IMG/VR virus record: IMGVR_UViG_3300032242_003291
Coordinates: 186,001 to 250,000 of that record
DNA length: 64,000 nucleotides
Strand: one strand, 5' to 3'
The notes below the pieces were generated by a model. It searched no databases, had not been told where the DNA came from, and saw only the letters and a list, made by a program, of their open reading frames with translations. Position numbers and translations under genes: made by a program. Below, in pieces: positions 55,675 to 63,321 of this stretch. Each line of letters starts with the position of its first letter. Position 1 is the stretch's first letter.

Positions 55675-55705
55675 AAAAACCCCATCCGTAGAAACGGACA
55701 GGGTT
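55675..55705 (-). terminator. intrinsic terminator after the large ncRNA
   Basis: aaccc-tgtccgt..acggatgggtttttt on the minus strand. Confidence 0.7.
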
Positions 55706-55716
55706 AAGGCAAAAAA

Positions 55717-56480
55717 GGTTGAGAATACACCAAATTGAGAGAGTCTTTACAGGAGATTATTTTGATTCCTCCGATTTCCACTTCCTTTTGAGAAGTAACT
55801 CTCAGTCACGGTCAATTAGATTAACCAATCCTTAAGTCGTAATATACTCTATTCTTACTCATCACTCTTCGAGGTTGCCACCCCAATTAATCCTTGCGAG
55901 ATTAGAGAACTTTCAAAACAATCGTATCGGGTTTGGGACCCTCTACGGCCATGAACAACTCATGACTAAGTAGTGACCTGTCTACCACGACTGATGAACA
56001 CTTTTCCTTGTATTATTAATTGATTTGTTAGAATCCAAATTTTAACAAAGGTTGTGATTTGTGGATGATAGATGTAGCGGTTCATCAAACCAGCCATCTC
56101 ATCTTTTGAACGAGACGATACTGAACTACACCTTGAAGTCTCCCGACCTCCATATCTCAAGTTTACTTCATAACTCCTACCTTGGTAGGTGAAGAGTAAG
56201 GAGAACAACAGCACCACCTGTACGAACCCATACCTTTCGGTTTTAAGTCTACTCTAATATTGAACTCCGTAATTGTATAGTTGGATGACCATACTTCTTA
56301 CAACAGCTCTACGAGTTATTCTTATTGGAGTTCCCTCCTCAACCAAACGACCCACATCGCTTGGTCACCCAACCACTTTCCCTACAGTGTTACCCTCAGT
56401 ACTAAAGGTCAGATGATATCCCGCTTGTCTACTCGAGCTCCCTTTCGGAAGCCGCAACCGTTCCAATCAAGAACGAATCA
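55717..56480 (-). ncRNA. large structured ncRNA (~760 nt), probably GOLLD class
   Basis: GC-richer tract without credible CDS; own promoter (56626-56657) and boxA-like site; long-range helices 56336-56344/55717-55725 and 56217-56222/55748-55753; next to a tRNA; 5' end approximate. Confidence 0.6.
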
Positions 56481-56625
56481 CTTTATACTACTTTCATAGT
56501 TTATTTTATGGATTATAGACCACCCAATATTTTTATTCAAAGAACTATCAAATTTGAAGGAGAGAGGAAACTTTACGACCAAGTAAACTTGGAACCTTTA
56601 CTACCTCTTTCCTTCATTTGTCTTA

Positions 56626-56657
56626 CAAAGATAAGATTGTTTTTGGAAACAATCAAA
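56626..56657 (-). promoter_or_regulatory. Bacteroidota primary-sigma promoter for the large ncRNA
   Basis: TTTG-N20-TATCTTTG; AGTTCTTTGAA at ~56536-56546 downstream. Confidence 0.85.
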
Positions 56658-56689
56658 TCTTTTAAGAGATTTTTTAACATAATAACTGA

Positions 56690-56770
56690 TTTAGTTATTC
56701 TCCATTGAAGATGTGTTATTCACCTTCAATCACCCCCTACTCGTAATAGGACAGGTTAACTTTCTCTCCG
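56690..56770 (-). ncRNA. small structured RNA of unknown class
   Basis: Own promoter (56806-56837) and boxA-like AGTTCTTTAACA (56771-56782); two hairpins; no ORF. Confidence 0.5.
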
Positions 56771-56805
56771 TGTTAAAGAACTAACAACTCTCGTCGTTTG
56801 TTTTT

Positions 56806-56837
56806 CAAAGATAAGAAGAACTTTTCAATTCGTCAAA
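56806..56837 (-). promoter_or_regulatory. Bacteroidota primary-sigma promoter
   Basis: TTTG-N20-TATCTTTG. Confidence 0.85.
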
Positions 56838-56893
56838 TCTTTTTTTAAAAATAGGGAACCTCGATTTTACGACCATAGTCAACCCATTCTTAG

Positions 56894-56965
56894 TTGCGAG
56901 GGATGGATTCGAACCACCGACCTAAAGGTTATGAGCCTTCCGAGCTACCTCTGCTCTACCTCACG
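56894..56965 (-). tRNA. tRNA-Met(CAT), initiator type
   Basis: Cloverleaf with CAT anticodon, TTCGAAT T-loop, C1:A72 mismatch, A11:U24; no encoded CCA. Confidence 0.92.
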
Positions 56966-56977
56966 ATATATCTTAAT

Positions 56978-57045
56978 GATTACAAACCCACTTCCCCACG
57001 GTCACCTATCCACGTCATGCGCTGGTTGTACCAGCGGGTGTAATC
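56978..57045 (-). ncRNA. tRNA-sized structured RNA of unknown class
   Basis: 7-bp closing stem GATTACA/TGTAATC, internal CGCTGGT/ACCAGCG hairpin, between a boxA-like site and tRNA-Met. Confidence 0.5.
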
Positions 57046-57131
57046 AAATTTATTAAAGAACTATCTCAAAAAGAAGTCCCACAAGCTTCAGTATTTCTCT
57101 CGAATCACACACTCGTGGGACATTTGTTTTA

Positions 57132-57163
57132 CAAAGGTAAGTGATAGTTTTGACACTGTCAAA
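57132..57163 (-). promoter_or_regulatory. Bacteroidota primary-sigma promoter for the tRNA unit
   Basis: TTTG-N20-TACCTTTG; leader hairpin 57077-57120; AGTTCTTTAA at 57053-57062. Confidence 0.85.
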
Positions 57164-57263
57164 TTTTTATAAAACTTTTTTTGGGGATGTTTGTCCATTC
57201 GGACTTGGATATATAAATATATCCGTTTTCATCAAAGTCTCACAAAGATAGATAAATTTTTCA

Positions 57264-57683
57264 CTATTGTAAAATAATTTCAGCTAATTTGTAAAAATAT
57301 TCTCCTGATGTCTCAGGTTTTATCTCTTTCAGAGTAAAATAACCACACTCTGTATGTTCATCTCCATCTATTGCATTCAACAGGTCAGGGTATAATGGAG
57401 TCTCAATTTCTAATAAATAAACATACATAAAACCTTTTACTTTTTTTCCGTCTCGGGTATGTCTTGGGATTAATCCGACAAACTTTAATTCAAGGTCACC
57501 AATATTAATATTTGTTTCCTCGAGAAACTCTCTTTTAGCGCCCTCTTGTGTTGTTTCATTTTCTTCTAACTTGCCACCAGGTATAGACCACATACCAGGA
57601 TATGACCCCTGATTATTTCTTTTACATAAAAGAAGTTTGTTTTTATATTTTACAGCAACCCCGACGTATCTTTTTTTATCCAT
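57264..57683 (-). CDS. NUDIX hydrolase
   Basis: WSIPGGKLEENETTQEGAKREFLEETNI Nudix box. Confidence 0.95.
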   Translation of the reverse strand: MDKKRYVGVAVKYKNKLLLCKRNNQGSYPGMWSIPGGKLEENETTQEGAKREFLEETNINIGDLELKFVGLIPRHTRDGKKVKGFMYVYLLEIETPLYPDLLNAIDGDEHTECGYFTLKEIKPETSGEYFYKLAEIILQ

Positions 57684-57697
57684 GGTATTTATATTAT

Positions 57698-58045
57698 ATG
57701 AAAGTTAAAATTAACGAAAATATTATTAAAGTAAAAACATTAATTGACAAACATTCTCAAGCAATTGGTATGATGGGAAAAAAATTTGACAAATCATTTA
57801 ATGGTTTATTATTTTTAATGGGTGGAAAAAAACAATGCTTTTGGATGAAGAATTGTATCATCCCATTAGACATAATAATAATAAAAAATAATGTAATAGT
57901 TAATATACATCAAGATTGTCCTCCTTGTAATGAAGAACCTTGTCCTTCTTATTGTGGAAGAGGTAATATAGTTTTAGAACTTGCTGGTGGTAGTTGTGAG
58001 AGTCTTAACATACAACCTGGTGATTCTGTTGAATATCTATTTTAA
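57698..58045 (+). CDS. DUF192 family protein
   Basis: GMMG, GLLF, FWMKNCIIPLDII, VLELAGG...NIQPGD; TATTTAT at 57686-57692. Confidence 0.9.
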   Translation: MKVKINENIIKVKTLIDKHSQAIGMMGKKFDKSFNGLLFLMGGKKQCFWMKNCIIPLDIIIIKNNVIVNIHQDCPPCNEEPCPSYCGRGNIVLELAGGSCESLNIQPGDSVEYLF

Positions 58046-59449
58046 TTTAGATTCTTTTTCTTCTTCAATCTTTTCTTTTAGTTTTGTTTTGAATTCGTTG
58101 GCTATCATCTTTGTAAATTTAACATAAGGGTGGTCTTCGCTCTCAGGATTATAACGATAAGAACCTTGAGGTGGTCTTGTACCTCTACCCAAATAACTTA
58201 ATCCTCCAATGTTTGTGATACATTTATGCCCACCTGAATTAGATTGAATTAAATCCCATGCATTTACCAAGATACTGTCTAAAATGTTTTTTTCTCTATC
58301 AGTCAAATCTTTGAATGGTTTCTCCATCATCTCCCTAATCTTATCTAAAGCTTCCTCCCCTTTTGGAATACCTATGAATTTACCACCATATATCGCATCA
58401 AAATCTTGGAACGTATACCCAATACTTTCAGGACCAACACTAGTCTCGCTAATCCATTTAATTGTAGATAATGGTATTTTCTTGTCTTTGAGTTGACCTT
58501 CCCATTTTGATAATACTTCTTGTGCTATCTCACCTAAATTTACGCCTTTAAGTCCTCGGTCTTTTTTGAAGGGATTACAAGATGCTTGAACTAATCCCAT
58601 GGGCCAAGCCATAATCAAAAAATCGGATTCAGGATTATTTCTGAATGGTGTGTATCTATCATAAGAACCTGGTTTGAACATACTACCACCACCATATTGA
58701 TAAATTATATTATCACTAACCTGAGGAAAATCCTTCATTTGTTGTGCATAATCATCTGCATTTGATTGTAATTCTTCAGGACCTACTGAATTGGTCTTTT
58801 TCATCCACTCTTTGATGTTTCCTAATATTGAAAGTAATGATGGTTCCGAATCCATAACCAATCCTTCCAAAAAACCTGGCTTATTTTTGAATGCTAAAAT
58901 TAATTTGTTAATGACCAAACCTAACAACATTTTATTTTTTTGTAATGATTTGTCTTTATCGAATCTGTATATATAATTTACGACTTCATCAGGAGTAATA
59001 TTGTGTTTAATAAAATCCGCAGAGTCTACAGTATTAATTAACAAAACATCTGATGTTGGAAACAAATCTTTTGTTGATACTACTTGAGATATCGTTTCGA
59101 CATTTGAACGTGCACCTCTAAATTGTTTTGATGTTCCCTTTTCAACCCCTACTTGTGTGTCATGATGGTCAGTATGAATTTTGAACATTGGTTTACCGTG
59201 AGCAAAATCTACAAGGACAGGCATTGTATCACCTGTTGCATCATTTTTTTTAACTGAAAACTCCTTGTCACCATATTGAATTACATGAGCCCCAACAACA
59301 TCAATACCATTATCTTCAAGATATTTTTTCATTGCAATTGCTGTTGTAACACCATCTAAGTCCTGATGAAAATAAATTTCGGCTTTGGGATATCTTTTCC
59401 TCAAAGCCGAAATATCTCTTATACCGCTTTCGTTAATTAATTTTTTCAT
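58037..59449 (-). CDS. DHH-family phosphoesterase-like protein with short leader
   Basis: MKKLINE-SG; YFHQDLDG, VDFAH, HTDHH, INTVDSAD, SGGH. Confidence 0.75.
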   Translation of the reverse strand: MKKLINESGIRDISALRKRYPKAEIYFHQDLDGVTTAIAMKKYLEDNGIDVVGAHVIQYGDKEFSVKKNDATGDTMPVLVDFAHGKPMFKIHTDHHDTQVGVEKGTSKQFRGARSNVETISQVVSTKDLFPTSDVLLINTVDSADFIKHNITPDEVVNYIYRFDKDKSLQKNKMLLGLVINKLILAFKNKPGFLEGLVMDSEPSLLSILGNIKEWMKKTNSVGPEELQSNADDYAQQMKDFPQVSDNIIYQYGGGSMFKPGSYDRYTPFRNNPESDFLIMAWPMGLVQASCNPFKKDRGLKGVNLGEIAQEVLSKWEGQLKDKKIPLSTIKWISETSVGPESIGYTFQDFDAIYGGKFIGIPKGEEALDKIREMMEKPFKDLTDREKNILDSILVNAWDLIQSNSGGHKCITNIGGLSYLGRGTRPPQGSYRYNPESEDHPYVKFTKMIANEFKTKLKEKIEEEKESKLK

Positions 59450-59814
59450 TAAAGTCCAATCCAATTTAGGAATCTATCCATTAAACCTCCTTCATCTGCA
59501 ACAAGGTCTTGTAATTGTTTTCTGTCTTGTGGTGGCATTTTACTCCAAGTTTCTTCACCCCACACTCCATCAGGTCTTCTACAACCAATACTTGATTGAT
59601 ATCTCGATATTGCTTGTGATGTTTGTGATGTTTGATTGATGTCCGTTTTACCGTCAACAGTCAGTGGTTGTCTATTATCACCTGTAATTTTTTTATTATT
59701 CAAGAATCTTTGAATTGCTCTAATGAATTGTCTATCCATGTTTTGTTCTGAAATAACTCTTTTAACAAGATTAGTTAAATCGTTTTCTGTAAGTCTTATT
59801 ATTTTTTTTGCCAT
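59449..59814 (-). CDS. leader-bearing peptidoglycan-binding domain protein
   Basis: MAKKIIRLTENDLTNLVKRVISEQ; IRAIQRFLN...LTVDG...AISRYQ...PDGVWGEETW. Confidence 0.8.
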   Translation of the reverse strand: MAKKIIRLTENDLTNLVKRVISEQNMDRQFIRAIQRFLNNKKITGDNRQPLTVDGKTDINQTSQTSQAISRYQSSIGCRRPDGVWGEETWSKMPPQDRKQLQDLVADEGGLMDRFLNWIGL

Positions 59815-59829
59815 GTTATTGTTTTTATA

Positions 59830-61002
59830 TTAAACTGCTGCTAATGCCGATTTAGCCACTTGACTACCAAATAGTGATGAGAAAAAGTCTCCCACAGGAT
59901 TTGATGATGATGTTGATTGTGTTGTTGATTGTGAAGGTTGTGTTTGTTGTTGAGTTCCTTGAGGTGTTTCTGTACCAAAACTATCTTTAAAATATTGTTG
60001 TGCTTGTGGTGTCTGATTATATTGTGCAACTTTAGACTCAAACTTATCTTGACCCATTTTTTCAACTGCTTCCTCAGGTCCTACAAAATTTCCTATTCCC
60101 ATCCAATCTAAAAAACCCAACCACCATTTGGTTTGTCTTGCTAAAGCTCTAACTGATTTGTTTCTACCCATCAACTGTGGCATGCCACCAAATAAAGTTT
60201 TCCAAGATAAAGCACCTTTAGTTGTCCTATATGATGTAAAGAGTCCTCCCGCTTCTTTGGACATTTTAATTAAATTTTCTAAGTTTTTAACTTGGTCAGC
60301 TTTGCTCAGTCTCAATATACCAGCACCACCCGCAGGAATTCCTTTAATTTTTGCCGCTAAATCAACACCAGCAGTTCTTATAGCCGCTCCTTTAGTTGCT
60401 CCTTTTTCAAATAATTCAATCCATTGTAATATTGTGTTTTTTAACCCTTTAAATGGTCCCATCGGCATTTTTTCGATGAAACCTTTCATTTTACTTCCAA
60501 TTCTACCCATTCCCTCTGTAAATTTACCAATAATTCCACCACCTTTAGTAAGTTTTTCAAGTTCAGCTGCCGCTTCTACAGATTTACCTGCTTCAGATAA
60601 TTTTAACACTCCCTCCAAAGCTTTGGCACTCGGTGCTCCAAGTTTTAATGCCCCCATCACAGGTTTTGCAACAATATCACCAATATATGGAACCGCAGAC
60701 ACTAAAGATAAAAATCCAAATAACTTATCTCCTTGAGAGATGTAAGAAATTCCATTAACTAAATCTACAACACCAGTTGGGTCAAAAATTCCAACAATAT
60801 CACCCAATGTATTATACCAATGACTTTCATTTAATTTTTTGGCTTTTTTTGGATACAAAACTTTTAAGAATTCTACAACAAATTCTTTTTCGTTAGTTGA
60901 AAATTTTTCCCAATTTTCAGTTGCTAATTTCCTATTATTTTCTTTTGAAATGTTTTCTTGAATTACTGCAAGTTGTTTTGTGGATATAATAATTTCCGCC
61001 AT
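59830..61002 (-). CDS. pre-toxin TG (PT-TG)-like domain protein
   Basis: LGDIVGIFDPTGVVDLVNG...QGD...LSLVSAVPYIGD; variant leader; TATTTAT at 61017-61023. Confidence 0.65.
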   Translation of the reverse strand: MAEIIISTKQLAVIQENISKENNRKLATENWEKFSTNEKEFVVEFLKVLYPKKAKKLNESHWYNTLGDIVGIFDPTGVVDLVNGISYISQGDKLFGFLSLVSAVPYIGDIVAKPVMGALKLGAPSAKALEGVLKLSEAGKSVEAAAELEKLTKGGGIIGKFTEGMGRIGSKMKGFIEKMPMGPFKGLKNTILQWIELFEKGATKGAAIRTAGVDLAAKIKGIPAGGAGILRLSKADQVKNLENLIKMSKEAGGLFTSYRTTKGALSWKTLFGGMPQLMGRNKSVRALARQTKWWLGFLDWMGIGNFVGPEEAVEKMGQDKFESKVAQYNQTPQAQQYFKDSFGTETPQGTQQQTQPSQSTTQSTSSSNPVGDFFSSLFGSQVAKSALAAV

Positions 61003-61033
61003 TTTTATTTTTCTTTATAAATATCCAAGAAAC

Positions 61034-61058
61034 AAAAAAAGGGTCATTCGACCCTTTT
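61034..61058 (-). terminator. intrinsic terminator
   Basis: aaaaaaagggtc-attc-gacccttt. Confidence 0.75.
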
Positions 61059-61059
61059 A

Positions 61060-61911
61060 TTATAAACCTAATTCTAATTGTTTGTTCAAATCAACAAAAT
61101 GTTGTACTCTTTCTTTTGCAATTTTGGTATAAGCATCACTTAATTCAATCCCAATCCACCTTCTGTTCCATATTTCAGCAGCACAAATACTTGTACCTGA
61201 ACCTGTAAATGGGTCTAACACAATATCATTTTTATATGATAGTATTTTGATGGCTTTGACTGGAATATCCATTGAGAATGTTGCCTTAGTCAATTGCTTG
61301 GTATCTGCAAAGTAATCCCATTGACCATAAACTAAATCCATAAATTCTTTCTTATCATCTTCTTGATATACATTTTTCTTTTTTACTGCACCGTCCTCCT
61401 GCTCGACGTCAATAATTTGTCCTTTCCATTGAGGTTCACCTTTAATTTTCTTAATGTGTGTTTTTTTGTAAGCCAACAATACACATTCTTTTGGATTATA
61501 TATGTATGGTGCCGATGGTGACATCCAAGAACCCCACGCTGTGGTTTTACTCCTATGTGGAGATTCTTCTTCCAAATCAACTATACCATAAAACTTATAA
61601 CCAATGTTTTTCATAATCTGCCAAAGTTCTGATACCATTAAAATTCTCCCACCTTTATCCTGTCTGTTAATTTCATAAGGAATGTTTAGGGCTATCCTCC
61701 CATCATCTTTCAATACTCTGTACGCCTCTCTTAACCAATTAGCACTGAAAACTTTGTATTGTTCAAATTCTATATCATCATCAAATGTATCATATTTGAT
61801 TCCAACACCGTAAGGTGGTGATGTTACGATTAGGTCTACGGAAGACTCAGGCATTTTTGCCATGACTTCAATACAATCCCCATTAATTACTTTACCTATA
61901 TAATCTTCCAT
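61060..61911 (-). CDS. orphan beta-class amino DNA methyltransferase (SPPY, likely N4-cytosine)
   Basis: DLIVTSPPY (motif IV) before VLDPFTGSGT (motif I); start re-assigned. Confidence 0.9.
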   Translation of the reverse strand: MEDYIGKVINGDCIEVMAKMPESSVDLIVTSPPYGVGIKYDTFDDDIEFEQYKVFSANWLREAYRVLKDDGRIALNIPYEINRQDKGGRILMVSELWQIMKNIGYKFYGIVDLEEESPHRSKTTAWGSWMSPSAPYIYNPKECVLLAYKKTHIKKIKGEPQWKGQIIDVEQEDGAVKKKNVYQEDDKKEFMDLVYGQWDYFADTKQLTKATFSMDIPVKAIKILSYKNDIVLDPFTGSGTSICAAEIWNRRWIGIELSDAYTKIAKERVQHFVDLNKQLELGL

Positions 61912-61916
61912 TATTT

Positions 61917-62150
61917 TTATTTTACTATTACTACGTCGCCCTTCCAAATGACTTCATTTGCCTGACAACTCATATGATGTTTATCCACTCGTTCACCTCT
62001 TTTATTATCCCAAACTAAATCTCTTGTGGTGTGTAAAGGTATCTCAACTATTACGTTAGATGCTGTCCATTCTACGCCATCAATTAGAATTCTCCAAAAC
62101 ATGTGATTATCTTCACACAAGGTATTCCATCTTATTTTAACGTCTATCAT
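61917..62150 (-). CDS. hypothetical protein
   Basis: 77 aa, operonic. Confidence 0.7.
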   Translation of the reverse strand: MIDVKIRWNTLCEDNHMFWRILIDGVEWTASNVIVEIPLHTTRDLVWDNKRGERVDKHHMSCQANEVIWKGDVVIVK

Positions 62151-62548
62151 AACTTACCTTCTTGCTTTAGTTGTTCTCTGATTTTGGTTGCGGAGATTTC
62201 ACTAACTTCTTGTGGTGGTATATGTTCGATAACATCATAACCGACTCCCCTTCCGAAATTAACTGACTCTATATCTGGGATTTTAATAACTTCAACCCTT
62301 CCTTCACTGATTAAATCCAACAATTCAACAGTTATGTTTGAATGAACTTGATTGGCTGTGAAAGGATTTTTTTCATCAGGTTCAACATCCCTAATACAAA
62401 TTAAAACATTTTTTCCTTGTTCTAATCTTTGGTCTATTAACCATCTATGACCTGCGTGCCATGGCTGCCATCTTCCAATAAACATTGAATATTGTTTACC
62501 GACGCTGTTTTTTAATTTTGGGTCTCCCTCTACGTGTATTTTTTCCAT
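62147..62548 (-). CDS. small HxGH nucleotidyltransferase (cytidylyltransferase/NadM-like)
   Basis: FIGRWQPWHAGH, KNPF, ISATKIR. Confidence 0.85.
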   Translation of the reverse strand: MEKIHVEGDPKLKNSVGKQYSMFIGRWQPWHAGHRWLIDQRLEQGKNVLICIRDVEPDEKNPFTANQVHSNITVELLDLISEGRVEVIKIPDIESVNFGRGVGYDVIEHIPPQEVSEISATKIREQLKQEGKL

Positions 62549-62549
62549 A

Positions 62550-62993
62550 TTAATATTCGTACGCCAGAATTGTTCTAGCACATTCTTGAACCGTTTTATT
62601 ATCAGTATTGATATCTACGAAAAGCTCAGTTGGAGCTTCATAGTTTTCTACAAAGAAATTTTCACGTCCTCTCACCTCTGTTGTATGAACGTAAAATTCA
62701 ACAAGATTATCTCCCATTTTTTTCTTGAAGTTCTCTCTTTGGTCTTTATACGGTGAAACTAACGACACAATAACATTATGTCCTTTAGATACTAGATATT
62801 GTGAAAGTTGTTGAGCCAACTCGATATTCTTTCTTCTACCTTGTTCCGAATAATCTTTATTATCAAATAATTCTCTGATGTCATCACCATCAACATTGAA
62901 TGAATTTTGAGTTAAAAGATTATTACAAATGTATTTTGCAATTGTAGTTTTTCCTGCTCCAGGTTGTCCTGTTAGCCAATAAATTTTAGCCAT
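62550..62993 (-). CDS. cysC: adenylyl-sulfate (APS) kinase
   Basis: WLTGQPGAGKTT, VDGDDIR, GRRKNI, VSLVSPY, YEAP. Confidence 0.9.
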   Translation of the reverse strand: MAKIYWLTGQPGAGKTTIAKYICNNLLTQNSFNVDGDDIRELFDNKDYSEQGRRKNIELAQQLSQYLVSKGHNVIVSLVSPYKDQRENFKKKMGDNLVEFYVHTTEVRGRENFFVENYEAPTELFVDINTDNKTVQECARTILAYEY

Positions 62994-63216
62994 TGTTTTC
63001 TAAGTTTTTTATTTTTCTATCTAAATAGAATGCCGCTTTCTTGAGGTCTTCCAATTCTTTTGCAGGGTCTTTCTTACCCGCTCTTGCAACATATTTAACT
63101 ACATTGAATAGGTACGCATCATAATCTAATCCCCAAGCTTCACAGACTTTTATTACTTCGTATGGATTATCTGCCCCACCATAGTGAGAAGGTCCATTTA
63201 CCATTTCTTTACTCAT
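62986..63216 (-). CDS. DUF3310-like phage protein
   Basis: VNGPSHY...NVVKYVARAGKK...EDLKKAAFYL. Confidence 0.85.
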   Translation of the reverse strand: MSKEMVNGPSHYGGADNPYEVIKVCEAWGLDYDAYLFNVVKYVARAGKKDPAKELEDLKKAAFYLDRKIKNLENNG

Positions 63217-63321
63217 TTTTTATTCCCCCATTTTTTTTCCATGTACTCAATATACCTGTCAGTTTTATTACCGTTGTATAAGAAATATACAAAATAATAA
63301 TCCCAAATCCAGTCTAATTTT

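Noticed and set aside
55717-56480. RNase P RNA, tmRNA or group I intron
   Set aside because: No GAGGAAAGUCC P4 motif, no tRNA-like ends and no interrupted host gene seen; a model search is still needed.
55966-56708. Short ORFs in the RNA cluster
   Set aside because: Atypical composition and no start context; better explained by structured RNA and promoters.
56566-56886. Shared GGUU-hairpin-UCGUAAA motif in the large-RNA leader and the tRNA trailer as a ribozyme or riboswitch
   Set aside because: Only two short copies and no match to a catalytic or aptamer core I can recognise.
60128-60736. 202-aa plus-strand ORF
   Set aside because: Antisense shadow of the Gly/Ala-rich 59830..61002 gene.
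567-61023. Canonical T4 late promoter TATAAATA on the coding strand
   Set aside because: The motif is consistently in the opposite orientation relative to the genes, except where palindromic.
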